A stretch of DNA of 64,000 nt from SAR116 cluster bacterium AG-426-A06 (GCA_003210115.1 QCNM01000001.1:13510-77509), one strand, 5' to 3'; positions 43,017 through 53,070 are shown, counted from the stretch's first letter. The notes: generated by a model from the letters alone, not told the origin. Translations and numbers: made by a program.

Positions 43017-43860
43017 ACAACTCACCTCTTTTTGTTTTTAATTGAGGTGGAGCTGTTGGTCTATTCAAAAAAGCTTCAGCATCATTAGGGTTTAAAAATT
43101 TTAAACCAGCTTTTTTAATTTGATTATCTTTAAGTTTTTTTATAGGTGTATAACTAGGATGATGATGATCAATAAATGGATTGTTTTCAGCTAAATTATA
43201 ACAACATAATAATGTCCATCTTCTTTTATCTGAATTGTTTTTATCTGATCTATGTAGAGTATTACAATGAAAAAATAAAACATCTCCAGGGTCCATTTCA
43301 CAGTAAATTAGATCTAAATGTTTTTTAGCTTCTTCAACTCTTCTCAAGTCTACACCAACTTGTCCACTCTCTAATAAAGCATGATCAATTCTACCAATTT
43401 TATTTGAACCAGATAATACCTGCAAACAACCATTTTTCTTAGTACATTTATCAAGAGCAATCATTGCACTTGCCATATGTGGGAAAAGACAACCATTATT
43501 ATACCAATATCCATAATCCTGATGCCATTCCCAAGCACCACCTTCAAATGGTTCTTTTGCAGTAATTTTTGAATGATAATGATATACCTCACCTTCTAAC
43601 AAGTGTTCCATTGTATCAACCATTTTATAGGATCTTGCAACTGTACCATAGATGCTATCATCTGGATGATTCCAAGCAACCATCTTTGTTATTAATCCTT
43701 CAGAATCTTTTCTATCATAAAGATGTTTTTTAATATTTGTATCCTTATAGGATGCTTGCTGAATTAAACTTGTTTCTTCTTCATCAAAAAAATTTCTAAT
43801 TATAATAAAGCCTTTTTGATCAAATTCTTTTTTTTGATTTGAACTTAAAACACTAGCCAT
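43006..43860 (-). CDS. Phytanoyl-CoA dioxygenase (PhyH) family Fe(II)/2-oxoglutarate oxygenase
   Basis: 284 aa. WHQDYGYW (HxD) and the distal FFHCNTLHRSDKN. Confidence 0.8.
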   Translation of the reverse strand: MASVLSSNQKKEFDQKGFIIIRNFFDEEETSLIQQASYKDTNIKKHLYDRKDSEGLITKMVAWNHPDDSIYGTVARSYKMVDTMEHLLEGEVYHYHSKITAKEPFEGGAWEWHQDYGYWYNNGCLFPHMASAMIALDKCTKKNGCLQVLSGSNKIGRIDHALLESGQVGVDLRRVEEAKKHLDLIYCEMDPGDVLFFHCNTLHRSDKNNSDKRRWTLLCCYNLAENNPFIDHHHPSYTPIKKLKDNQIKKAGLKFLNPNDAEAFLNRPTAPPQLKTKRGELFKK

Positions 43861-43866
43861 AAATAA

Positions 43867-44085
43867 TTAATCTTTTTTTACTGTATTTCTTTTTTCATTA
43901 AACCTTCGAATTGCACTTTGTGGTATATCTTCAGTAATTTCACAAAAATCATAATTCAGTCTTTTCATAAAATCTTCTGCATCTTCTTTTTCACTCCAAC
44001 ATTGAACTACAAGTTCATCTGGATCTCTGTAAAGAAACCAATCATCCATTTTACGTTTATTAGGTATAATTTTTATAGCATACAT
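43867..44085 (-). CDS. Hypothetical 72-aa protein, first gene of the PhyH operon
   Basis: The ORF ends 6 nt upstream of the PhyH start (stop codon at 43867-43869, PhyH ATG at 43860). No family recognised. Confidence 0.4.
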   Translation of the reverse strand: MYAIKIIPNKRKMDDWFLYRDPDELVVQCWSEKEDAEDFMKRLNYDFCEITEDIPQSAIRRFNEKRNTVKKD

Positions 44086-44629
44086 AATTATTCATTATTC
44101 AATTTATAATTAAAACTATTTTAAAAATAATTTTCAATAAAAATTATTTTAATCATTACAATATGTTGTTAAACCTAATAATCTCAAGCTTAAGCCTTCA
44201 ATCTCCTTCTACTAATTGGCCGTCAAGAAATTAAAAAGAGAAATTATTTTTAAGGCTACAAAAGTAAAAAATAATTTCCAGAAAACAGTTAACATTACAC
44301 CAAATAATTGAGCTTGAGATTTGGAATTTACTGATATTCCAGAAAATTTTGAATATTTATTTAATAGTAAAACTTAATATACTTATATTAATAAAAAAAC
44401 TTTTGTAAAAACATATTAAAAAGACTAAAATTTTAGAAAAGCGAAAATGATCCTTTAATGCAATTGTCTAAAATAAACATAAGAATATTTAAAATGCATA
44501 ATTAAAATGCACCTCATTGTAATACTGATTTTTATTTAATCATTTTGCCCAATTTAATATCTTTATTAATTAATTCTCATCACTTAAAACCAATGTTTGT
44601 GTTATATGTATTCTTAAAAAGGTGAATAT

Positions 44630-44830
44630 ATGTTTCAAGCAATTATTTCTGTATGTAATTTAATTAATATGGAATGTTTACTTCTTAAAGATAATGTTGG
44701 TCTAATAAATACTCATAAAGAATGTACAGTTAGGGCTGAAATCATGCGAAAAGATTTTATTGATTTATACAAAGGACCAGTAATTATAAAAAAGAATTGT
44801 ATCAAGCTTAACAACTATAAAAATGCCTAG
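44630..44830 (+). CDS. Hypothetical 66-aa protein with four Cys
   Basis: ORF preceded by AAAGGTGA 7 nt upstream of the ATG. No family recognised. Confidence 0.35.
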   Translation: MFQAIISVCNLINMECLLLKDNVGLINTHKECTVRAEIMRKDFIDLYKGPVIIKKNCIKLNNYKNA

Positions 44831-44886
44831 TATCTAAAATTATTAACGGCTATACTTTAAAAGTACTTAATTACAAGTTTTTAAAA

Positions 44887-45249
44887 ATGGCCAAAATTTT
44901 ATTTAACATTACGAATGGTACAAATAACCCTACAAAAGCGTCTTTAGGATTTATGTTAGCAAGAACAGCAGTTGAAGAAGGTCACGAAGTTCAAGTTTTC
45001 TTAAATGCTGATGCTGTAAGTTTAATAAGAAAACCTGTTCTAGAAAGTTTAGTTGGCTTAGGGACAGGTAAACTTAGCGAGCATTTCAATATTTTAGTGG
45101 ATGCAAATGTTCCTATATATGTATCGGCAATTTCTTGTGAAATTAGAGGTGTTACAGAAAAAGATTTAAAGGACGCTAATTCTATAAAAGTTTTTCCTAA
45201 AACCCTGCTTAATTTGTCATTGCAAGCAGATAGAACTTTTGTTTACTAA
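44887..45249 (+). CDS. DsrE/DsrF-like sulfur-relay family protein
   Basis: 120 aa. KILFNITNG..., a Rossmann-like alpha/beta pattern and a conserved Cys in SAISCEIRG. Confidence 0.55.
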   Translation: MAKILFNITNGTNNPTKASLGFMLARTAVEEGHEVQVFLNADAVSLIRKPVLESLVGLGTGKLSEHFNILVDANVPIYVSAISCEIRGVTEKDLKDANSIKVFPKTLLNLSLQADRTFVY

Positions 45250-45267
45250 TTTTTTCTATATAAGAAA

Positions 45268-45465
45268 ATGCAAAAAATTTTAATAATTCTTGGATTAGTT
45301 GTTTTATTTGTTGGGTTACTATATCCCTATATAAAAAGGATAGGTCTAGGTCAATTACCCGGTGACTTAATTATTAAATTAGGAAACTCAACTATTTTCT
45401 TCCCAATAGTTACATGCATAATAGTTAGTGTTATTTTGACAATAATATTTAATTTATTTAAATGA
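45268..45465 (+). CDS. DUF2905-family small membrane protein
   Basis: 65 aa, two TM, GQLPGDLIIK motif. Confidence 0.6.
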   Translation: MQKILIILGLVVLFVGLLYPYIKRIGLGQLPGDLIIKLGNSTIFFPIVTCIIVSVILTIIFNLFK

Positions 45466-45473
45466 ACAAATTT

Positions 45474-45809
45474 TTAATTTTTTAACTCTAAGAAGAATAT
45501 AATGAAAATAATTAGAATAATAATACCAAAAATTTTAAGATAATCTGTTTTTTTTTCTTCAACTTCAATATCATTTATTTCAGAAATTTCTTGTTTTTGG
45601 ATTTCAATAATTTTCTTTAACTTATTTGTTTTTTTGTAAAAATAATAATTGAACAAAATAGACATTAAAAATAATATGGGGCCTATTATTACAAATAACC
45701 AAATGTTAATTTCTTCGTAACTAATGCCAAGTATGCCTGCAACTTTATATAATAAATTTACACACCAATCAAAAGTAATATCTATCCAATATATACCTGA
45801 ATTTGCCAA
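45474..45809 (-). CDS. Hypothetical membrane protein
   Basis: 111 aa, two or three TM segments plus a charged linker. Confidence 0.4.
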   Translation of the reverse strand: MANSGIYWIDITFDWCVNLLYKVAGILGISYEEINIWLFVIIGPILFLMSILFNYYFYKKTNKLKKIIEIQKQEISEINDIEVEEKKTDYLKIFGIIILIIFIIFFLELKN

Positions 45810-45893
45810 ATTTAACCTATAAAAATGTTTTTGATATTAATTTTTAAATTAAAACATAATCAATGGTAATGTTCAAATTTTGAAATATGATTT

Positions 45894-46310
45894 TTACTTT
45901 TCAATAATTTTTTCATGATCAAATTCTTTGTCTACTGGGACTTTTATACCATTTAAAAGATTATTTGTACGACCAGCGAGAGAAACAATTGATAAAAATT
46001 CAGCATACTGTTTATCAGTCATTCCTTGAGCACGGGCTGCTGCTGTATGAGAATGAATACAATATTCACAACTATTAGCAATAGACACAGCAGCATAAAT
46101 AAGTTCCTTTGTCACTGCATCAAGATGACTTGGTTTTGCCATTACTTCTTTTACATCTCGCCAAGTATTTTCAAGTAACTCAGGATCAAAGGCTAGATAA
46201 TACCATAAGTTATTAATAAAATCGCTTCCACGAGTAGCTCTAATATCGTCAAAAACTGATTTGACGCGAAGATTTTCTTCAGGATTTTGTGGGCGTGATA
46301 TAGTAGACAT
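45894..46310 (-). CDS. Carboxymuconolactone decarboxylase / AhpD-like family protein
   Basis: 138 aa with the CEYCIHSH (CxxC-H) motif. Confidence 0.8.
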   Translation of the reverse strand: MSTISRPQNPEENLRVKSVFDDIRATRGSDFINNLWYYLAFDPELLENTWRDVKEVMAKPSHLDAVTKELIYAAVSIANSCEYCIHSHTAAARAQGMTDKQYAEFLSIVSLAGRTNNLLNGIKVPVDKEFDHEKIIEK

Positions 46311-46452
46311 TCAAGAACCTTTCATTAAAAAATATTAAAAAATAATTCTAGCATATCGTCATATCTCAGACAATGTCAGGTTGTTCTTTGTTTAAGGAAT
46401 GTAATAAGCAAAAATCAAAATATCAAAAAACTTTAACAATAAAATTTTGGAA

Positions 46453-47928
46453 TTATCTTATAATAAATGGATTTGCAATAGATGTTTGTTCGGCTATCCA
46501 AACTGATTTTGTTTGCAAAAATTCTTTTATAGATTCTTGACCGCTCTCTCTACCTCTTCCTGATCTTTTGTACCCTCCAAATGGTGACATGAAGCTTACA
46601 GCTCTATATGTATTAACCCAAACTGTTCCCGCTCTTAAGTTGTCAGACATTCTTAAAGCTCTTCCAATATCATTAGTCCAAACTCCAGCTGCTAAACCAA
46701 ATATTACATCATTTCCTACCTTTATTGCTTCTTTTTCATCCTTAAACTTAATAATAGATAATACGGGCCCAAATACTTCTTCTTGTGCAATCCTCATTTC
46801 ATTTCTAACATCTGTAAAAATTGTTGGCTCAACAAATCTGTCTCCTTTTATGTCTTTACTAGAATAAGCATTTCCTCCTAAGATACACTTTGCACCTTCT
46901 GATTTTGCTATATCAATGTAATTCATAATCTTTTCGAATTGTGGCTGAGTAGTGACAGGCCCAACATGTGTATCAAATGACATTGGATCTCCGATTTTTG
47001 CTTCACTAGCAACTTCAACAAGTCTTTTAACAAATTTTTCATAAATCGTTTCTTGTACTAACAAGCGAGAACCTGCAATGCAAGTCTGACCTGTTGCGGC
47101 GAATATACCTGAAATAACTCCCATTATAGCAGCTTCAAAATCAGCATCTTCAAAAACGATATTTGGCGATTTTCCTCCTAGTTCCAATGAAACAGGCATT
47201 ATTTTTTTTGCTGCAGATTCATATATTTTTTGACCTGAAATATCAGAACCAGTAAATGCAATTTTTGATACGTTTTTATGTTCTACAAGTGGTTGACCAA
47301 CTTCAATACCCATTCCTGTTACACAGTTCACAACACCATTTGGAAACCCAGCTTCTGAGACTAATTTCACAAATTCTAAAGTTGATGCCGAGGTAAATTC
47401 AGATGGTTTTATTACTGCAGTATTTCCAGCAGCTAACGCTGGAGCAAGCTTCCAAGATAAAAGAAGTAAGGGAGAATTCCAAGCTGTAATCATTCCTACA
47501 ACTCCAAATGGCTCATACTTTGTATAATTAAAAATTCCAGGTTTATCTGAAGGTAAAACAGATCCTTCAACTTTGTCAGCAAGTCCTCCAAAATATCTGT
47601 ACCATTCTGCAAGATATTTTGTTTGCGCCCCCATCTCAGCAATCAATTTACCATTATCTTGCACTTCTATTTCGCCAAGTTTTTGAGCGTCTCTCTCAAC
47701 AAGTTCTGCAAGTTTTACAAGTAATTTACCCCTCTCAGTAGGTTTGGTTTTAGACCAATTATTTTCAAAAACATCTTTTGCAATATTTACTGCAACATCA
47801 ACATCATATGCATTTCCTTTAGCAACTTTTGCCCAATTTTCACAAGTATAAGGGTTTTCAGTATCAAAATAATCTCCACTATTTGGTTCCATTTCTTTTC
47901 CATTAACGAAATGATTATATGTTTTCAT
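46453..47928 (-). CDS. NAD(P)+-dependent aldehyde dehydrogenase
   Basis: 491 aa. ELGGKSP and GQTCIAGSR catalytic motifs. Confidence 0.9.
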   Translation of the reverse strand: MKTYNHFVNGKEMEPNSGDYFDTENPYTCENWAKVAKGNAYDVDVAVNIAKDVFENNWSKTKPTERGKLLVKLAELVERDAQKLGEIEVQDNGKLIAEMGAQTKYLAEWYRYFGGLADKVEGSVLPSDKPGIFNYTKYEPFGVVGMITAWNSPLLLLSWKLAPALAAGNTAVIKPSEFTSASTLEFVKLVSEAGFPNGVVNCVTGMGIEVGQPLVEHKNVSKIAFTGSDISGQKIYESAAKKIMPVSLELGGKSPNIVFEDADFEAAIMGVISGIFAATGQTCIAGSRLLVQETIYEKFVKRLVEVASEAKIGDPMSFDTHVGPVTTQPQFEKIMNYIDIAKSEGAKCILGGNAYSSKDIKGDRFVEPTIFTDVRNEMRIAQEEVFGPVLSIIKFKDEKEAIKVGNDVIFGLAAGVWTNDIGRALRMSDNLRAGTVWVNTYRAVSFMSPFGGYKRSGRGRESGQESIKEFLQTKSVWIAEQTSIANPFIIR

Positions 47929-48172
47929 AATATTCTCCGTTACTTAATTTCATGAATTTCAAAAATTTGTTTTTTATTATCATAGCTACTTTATATAAAT
48001 TTTTATTTTAATCACATATTTTCTAGTCAAAAAAAAGTCTTAAAATATATTAGATATTAACTCAATATTATTTGAAGATAATTAAAAAATTTAAATACAC
48101 CTTTAATAAATAATATTTAAATAAATTGTTTTTTATACTAAATTATTAAATGGAATTATTAGGTAAATAAAC

Positions 48173-48832
48173 ATGCAAGCAATTTTTTTTGGTTCTATAG
48201 GAACTATGGTAGAAACTTCTGAAATTCAACGTAAAGCATTCAATACTGCCTTTGAAGAATTTGGATTAAATTGGTACTGGAATACTGGAAATTATATCAA
48301 TATGATCCAAAAGCCTGGGGGAATTTCAAGAATTAAGGAATATTCGAAATTAAAGCTTAAAGATAATGAAGTAAAAAAAATATATGATCTTAAAATTAAA
48401 TATTTCAGAAAATATTCTAATAACTTTGTAAAACCCAGGGAAGGTGTTTTAGACATCATCAACTATGCAAATAGAAATAATATAAAACTTGGTTTTATTA
48501 CAACAACTTCTAAAGAAACTATTGAGATTATCAAAGATAGTTTATCGAAATATATTAATTTTAATGACTTTGATCTTATTACATATGAAAAAGATTGTTT
48601 TAAAAAGAAACCTCATCCAGACATATACAATTTTGCGATTAACAAACTCAACGTTTCTAGAAAAAATTCAATTACAATTGAAGATACTCCTATTAGTTAT
48701 GCTTCATCAAAAAAAGCTAATATTAAAACTATCTTATTTCCTGGCGAATATTCAGTGAATAAAAAAAATATTTTATCTTCATACAAAATTTTTGAAGAAG
48801 TTAAACATTTTTTTGAGAAAAAACAAATTTAA
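48173..48832 (+). CDS. HAD-superfamily hydrolase
   Basis: 219 aa. The N-terminal FFGSIGT aligns with the DxD motif I region but has G/S at the Asp positions. TTTSKE and KKKPHPDIY are also present. Confidence 0.65.
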   Translation: MQAIFFGSIGTMVETSEIQRKAFNTAFEEFGLNWYWNTGNYINMIQKPGGISRIKEYSKLKLKDNEVKKIYDLKIKYFRKYSNNFVKPREGVLDIINYANRNNIKLGFITTTSKETIEIIKDSLSKYINFNDFDLITYEKDCFKKKPHPDIYNFAINKLNVSRKNSITIEDTPISYASSKKANIKTILFPGEYSVNKKNILSSYKIFEEVKHFFEKKQI

Positions 48833-48833
48833 G

Positions 48834-49874
48834 ATGGCCATAGTCAAATTAGAAAATGTTTCTAAGTCATGGGGAGATTTCAAAGCAGTTGATGATTTTA
48901 ATTTAACTATAAATGATGAAGAATTTTTAGTTTTATTAGGACCATCAGGATGTGGAAAAACAACAACCATGAGAATGATTGCAGGACTAGAAGAGTTATC
49001 TTCTGGAACTATAAAGATTGATGATATTATTATTAACGATCTTGAACCAAAAGACAGAGACGTGTCTATGGTTTTTCAATCATATGGTTTATATCCAAAC
49101 ATGAGTGTTTATGAAAATATAAGATTTCCTCTTAAAATAAGAAAAATAAAAAAGTCACTCCACGAAAAACTGGTTATGCGAGCTGTAAAAATGGTAGAAT
49201 TGGAGAAATTTCTAAAAAGAAAACCTGCAGAATTATCTGGTGGACAAAAACAGAGAGTTGCACTTGCTAGAGCATTAGTGAGAAATCCAAACATATTTTT
49301 AATGGATGAACCTTTATCAAACTTAGATGCAAAATTGAGGGTTTCGACACGAGCCCAAATAAAACATCTACAAAACAAACTTAAAATTACTACTATTTAC
49401 GTAACGCACGACCAAGTTGAAGCAATGACATTAGCTGATCGTGTTGTCGTAATGAATAATGGAAAAATACAACAAATTGGATCACCAAAAGAAATTTATA
49501 ATAGACCATTTAATACATTTGTTGCTTCTTTTATCGGCAGCCCTCCCATGAATTTAATTCCAATTTCTATTAGAAATAAAACATCAATTTCTCAAGATCT
49601 AAAATTTTCAAAAATTAATATCAAAGATGGAAAATATACCCTTGGATTTAGGGCTGAAGATGCTAGTATTGAGAAAACAGGTAATTTTACTGGACCAATT
49701 TATTCGATAGAACTTTTAGGGGATAGTACAATAGTAACACTCAAAATTAAAAATAATTTATTACATATAAAAACCTCTAATAACTTTTTCTCGAAAATTG
49801 GTGAAATTGTATCAGTAAAAATACCAAATAGTTTATGTCATTTTTTTGATTCAAAAACCGGAATTCATTTATAA
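48834..49874 (+). CDS. ABC transporter ATP-binding protein, MalK/UgpC type
   Basis: MAIVKLENVSK..., GPSGCGKTT, LSGGQKQRVALARAL and FLMDEPLSNLD, plus a C-terminal regulatory domain. The track ORF start at 48792 lies inside the HAD gene; ATG 48834 is preferred. Confidence 0.9.
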   Translation: MAIVKLENVSKSWGDFKAVDDFNLTINDEEFLVLLGPSGCGKTTTMRMIAGLEELSSGTIKIDDIIINDLEPKDRDVSMVFQSYGLYPNMSVYENIRFPLKIRKIKKSLHEKLVMRAVKMVELEKFLKRKPAELSGGQKQRVALARALVRNPNIFLMDEPLSNLDAKLRVSTRAQIKHLQNKLKITTIYVTHDQVEAMTLADRVVVMNNGKIQQIGSPKEIYNRPFNTFVASFIGSPPMNLIPISIRNKTSISQDLKFSKINIKDGKYTLGFRAEDASIEKTGNFTGPIYSIELLGDSTIVTLKIKNNLLHIKTSNNFFSKIGEIVSVKIPNSLCHFFDSKTGIHL

Positions 49875-49891
49875 ATAGATTGGAGTAAAAT

Positions 49892-51121
49892 ATGAATTTA
49901 ATAAAGTATACTTTTTTGATAACAAGTTTTCTGTTTTTTCTAATAATAAATTCTTTTGCCTGTGAAATTAAAGCAAGGGTGAGTGTTGTTGGAAACGAAT
50001 TTCCGGCTATACAAACTGTTGGTGCAGGTGCAAAAAAATGTAAGGGTGCCGAAGTTAAAACAAACTTAACAGCTGACCATCAAAAAATTAATGTAGCTGG
50101 AATGAGTAGTGAACCAGCGGAATATACGTCTGCTATAGTAGCAAACACATCCATTGTTGCACTTTTAAACAACGATTTAATTAGACCCTTAGACGATTTA
50201 ATAAAAAAACATGGCTCAAAACTTAAGAAAAATCAACTTATCACTATTAACGGTAAAGTGATGGCAGTTGCTTTCATGGCTAACGCTCAACATTTAGTTT
50301 ACAGAAAAGATGTTTTAGAGAAACTTAATATTTCTGTTCCTAAAACATATGAAGAGATGTTAGCAGCTGCAAAAAAAATTCGGGAATCTGGTCTCGCAAA
50401 AAATCCTGTAGGTGGAGCTTATAAAGCAGGATGGAACTTGGCACAGGAATTTAATAATATGTTCATTGGATATGGTGGAAAACATTTCAAAGGTAATACA
50501 CCTGAACCAAACGTTAATTCTGATGCTGGTAAAAAAGCATTAAACATGATGAAATCTTTATCTGAATATATGAACCCAGATTTTTTAACTCATGATAGTA
50601 ATGCTACAAATGCAGAATTCAGAGCTGGTAACGTTATCTTGATGAACATGTGGGGTAGTAGAGCTGCCACACTAACTGATGCAGACGGGGTTTCTGATGC
50701 GGTTAAAAAAGGTATGGATATAGCTGGTCCAATGACTGTTGGTGGAGGCAATATACCAGCATCTACACTTTTTTGGGATGGTTGGACCGTTGCTAAAAAA
50801 ATAAGTGACGCTGAAGCTGAAGCTACTTTTATTGCTATGATGAATGCAATTGACCCGTCTATAATTAAGGATGATAAAGTTAGAAAGCAAGCAGTTTGGC
50901 TTTTAGATGGATACACCCCAACAGATGCTGCTAGAGGTGTTTTTGCTGCAGCGAAAATGAATACAACACCTTACCCAATGCTTCCATATGCTGGTCTAAT
51001 GCATTCAGCTATAGGTGCAGAAATTGCAGATTTTATGCAAGGTAAGGAAAACGCTAAAAAAACTTTGTCTGATATAGAGGATGCATATCGTGCAGCTGCA
51101 AAAGAAAAAGGTTTTTTATAA
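49892..51121 (+). CDS. ABC transporter substrate-binding protein, family 1 (sugar/polyol type)
   Basis: 409 aa, signal peptide. Confidence 0.8.
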   Translation: MNLIKYTFLITSFLFFLIINSFACEIKARVSVVGNEFPAIQTVGAGAKKCKGAEVKTNLTADHQKINVAGMSSEPAEYTSAIVANTSIVALLNNDLIRPLDDLIKKHGSKLKKNQLITINGKVMAVAFMANAQHLVYRKDVLEKLNISVPKTYEEMLAAAKKIRESGLAKNPVGGAYKAGWNLAQEFNNMFIGYGGKHFKGNTPEPNVNSDAGKKALNMMKSLSEYMNPDFLTHDSNATNAEFRAGNVILMNMWGSRAATLTDADGVSDAVKKGMDIAGPMTVGGGNIPASTLFWDGWTVAKKISDAEAEATFIAMMNAIDPSIIKDDKVRKQAVWLLDGYTPTDAARGVFAAAKMNTTPYPMLPYAGLMHSAIGAEIADFMQGKENAKKTLSDIEDAYRAAAKEKGFL

Positions 51122-51135
51122 AATAAAATTCAATC

Positions 51136-51164
51136 AACTAGAGAGACATGTTCTCTCTAGTTTT
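51136..51164 (+). terminator. 11-bp hairpin plus T-run between the SBP and permease genes (attenuator / partial terminator)
   Basis: AACTAGAGAGA (51136-51146) pairs with TCTCTCTAGTT (51152-51162). The loop is CATGT and the hairpin runs into TTTT. Confidence 0.55.
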
Positions 51165-51169
51165 GAATT

Positions 51170-52195
51170 ATGAAGCACAAAACTTTTTTCTGGTTTATAT
51201 TGCCAACATTTTTGGCAATGTTGATCTTTATTTTTTTACCAATTATTTCTGTTGTTTTACAATCAGTCCACACGCCTCACGAAAATGTACTTATAACCGT
51301 TGAAAATTGTGACCCTTTTGGATGTAAAAAAGTTACATCAATTGACCACGAAGCAACAAAAAATTTGAACCAGTCCAAACCCTTGGGTAAATTTGTCGGA
51401 TTAGATATTTATTTTGATAGAGGACACCTGGCGATTGAAAATTTAAAACTTATATGGGAAAATTCTGAAAATATTTTCTCATTTGTACAATCCTTAGGTG
51501 ATCTTCCATTTTATAAGGCTGTTTTTTTTACACTAACTTTTACATTCACAGTTACACCCATAATGCTTTTACTTGGTTTATTGATTGCTTTAGGTGTAAA
51601 TTCAATAAGTAAAAAATTAAGAGGTATAGTAATTTTTGTTTCTCTTTTACCTATGATTGTAACTCCCCTAATAGGTTCAATAATATTATTTTGGATGATT
51701 GACTCACGAGGTATAATTGGAAACTTAATCCAATGGTTGTTTGATGATCCTAACTTATCTCTGAAAGCTTCAACTACATTAACTTGGATAATGTTAATCG
51801 TGTATGGTGTATGGCACGCAATCCCATTTTCTTTCATAGTTTTTTATGCAGGACTTCAAACTGTACCAAAAGATCAACTTGAATCTGCAAAGATTGATGG
51901 CGCCAATAAATTTGAAGAAGTAATCTATATTATTATTCCCCATTTAATGCCTTTAATTACATTCGTTACACTTATGCAATTAATGGACAATTTTCGAGTA
52001 TTTGAACCTATTGTTGGTTTTAGCGCAGAAGCGCACGCAACTTCATTAAGCTGGATTATTTTTAATGATTTGGGTGGTGAAACACGACAGCTTTCAGCTG
52101 CAGCTACAAGCTCCATATTGACAATTATAGGCGTAATTATTTTGCTTTCACCGGTTTTACTAAGAACCTGGAAGGATTTTAAGTTTAAAAAATGA
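51170..52195 (+). CDS. ABC transporter permease (MalF/UgpA type)
   Basis: 341 aa. The first TM is followed by a long periplasmic loop; EAA-loop region ESAKIDGANKFEE. Confidence 0.85.
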   Translation: MKHKTFFWFILPTFLAMLIFIFLPIISVVLQSVHTPHENVLITVENCDPFGCKKVTSIDHEATKNLNQSKPLGKFVGLDIYFDRGHLAIENLKLIWENSENIFSFVQSLGDLPFYKAVFFTLTFTFTVTPIMLLLGLLIALGVNSISKKLRGIVIFVSLLPMIVTPLIGSIILFWMIDSRGIIGNLIQWLFDDPNLSLKASTTLTWIMLIVYGVWHAIPFSFIVFYAGLQTVPKDQLESAKIDGANKFEEVIYIIIPHLMPLITFVTLMQLMDNFRVFEPIVGFSAEAHATSLSWIIFNDLGGETRQLSAAATSSILTIIGVIILLSPVLLRTWKDFKFKK

Positions 52196-53064
52196 AAAAG
52201 ACTACTTCAAATAGATTTTCATTATTAATCTACTCATTTATCATTATTTGGTTTTTTTTAGCCTCTTTCCCTTTTTTTTGGACATTTTGGGGGTCTTTCA
52301 AAGTAGAACTTGATTTTTTTTCTATCTCTAATTGGTACAACTCAGTGACTGGAAAGAACACTTTAGATACTTATAACTCTCAGTTTACGGGAGCTGGTTA
52401 TGAAGGAGCTTGGGTTCAAGAGGAATTTTGGAGATCTTTTGTAAACTCAGGCATAGTTTGTTTTTTTGTTGTCTTAACTTCTTTAACAATTGGAACATTA
52501 GGGGCTTATGCTTTATCTAGATCAAATTATAAATACACTTTTTGGCTTTTAATAACAGCACTGATTTTTAGAGCAATGCCTCCAATTACTCTTGTGGCTG
52601 GATACCTGCCACCTTTTTTTGAGTGGAATATCTGGGGAATATTGCCAACAACTATAATTGTACTCGTATCAATTAATCAGCCCTTTACACTTTGGATGTT
52701 ACATTCTTTTTTTCAAAACATACCCAAAGAACTAGATGAAAGTGCCAAGGTAGATGGATGCTCACAATTTCAGGCATTTAGACATGTTATTATTCCTGTG
52801 ATGTGGCCTGGTGTAATAACAACAGGATTATTTAGTTTTTTGTTAGCCTATAATGATTTTGCGGTAACCGCTATGTTATTATCTGATGAAAATAGAACTA
52901 TGATACCAAAAATTGCTGCTTTTTTAGGAACGACTTATACTGAAGGAAATGTAATGTTCGCAGTTGCAGCTGTTGTTTCAGCTACTGTTCCACTTTTCAT
53001 ACTTGTAATGTTTTTTCAAAAAAAAATAGTCAGTGGTCTTACACAGGGTGCCGTGAAAGGATAA
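52192..53064 (+). CDS. ABC transporter permease (MalG/UgpE type)
   Basis: 290 aa. ESAKVDGCSQFQAFRHVIIP EAA loop. Confidence 0.85.
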   Translation: MKKTTSNRFSLLIYSFIIIWFFLASFPFFWTFWGSFKVELDFFSISNWYNSVTGKNTLDTYNSQFTGAGYEGAWVQEEFWRSFVNSGIVCFFVVLTSLTIGTLGAYALSRSNYKYTFWLLITALIFRAMPPITLVAGYLPPFFEWNIWGILPTTIIVLVSINQPFTLWMLHSFFQNIPKELDESAKVDGCSQFQAFRHVIIPVMWPGVITTGLFSFLLAYNDFAVTAMLLSDENRTMIPKIAAFLGTTYTEGNVMFAVAAVVSATVPLFILVMFFQKKIVSGLTQGAVKG

Positions 53065-53070
53065 TAAATT

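Noticed and set aside
43918-44109. 63-aa plus-strand ORF
   Set aside because: It is antisense to the 72-aa first gene of the PhyH operon. The choice between the two is not certain, but the minus ORF lies 6 nt upstream of PhyH and has a more protein-like composition.
44212-44295. 27-codon hydrophobic minus-strand ORF (MLTVFWKLFFTFVALKIISLFNFLTAN) in the long spacer
   Set aside because: There is no ribosome-binding site and no support beyond being open, and it is easily produced by chance in T-rich sequence. I kept it only as a note within the spacer finding.
44086-44629. Known riboswitch or housekeeping RNA in the long spacer (glycine, SAM-II/V, TPP, cobalamin, fluoride, tmRNA, SRP, RNase P, 6S)
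   Set aside because: I could not find the conserved core sequences of any of these classes by eye on either strand. This cannot be excluded without a covariance-model scan.
46568-46867. 99-aa plus-strand ORF
   Set aside because: It is antisense within the aldehyde dehydrogenase gene.
48792-48833. 14-codon N-terminal extension of the ABC ATPase ORF
   Set aside because: It overlaps the 3' end of the HAD gene. MAIVKLENV at 48834 is the canonical ATPase N-terminus.
48489-52116. ORFs 48489..48758, 48779..48970, 49109..49378, 50590..50916, 50672..50890, 51511..51837 and 51925..52116
   Set aside because: All are alternate-frame or antisense ORFs inside the HAD or ABC operon genes.
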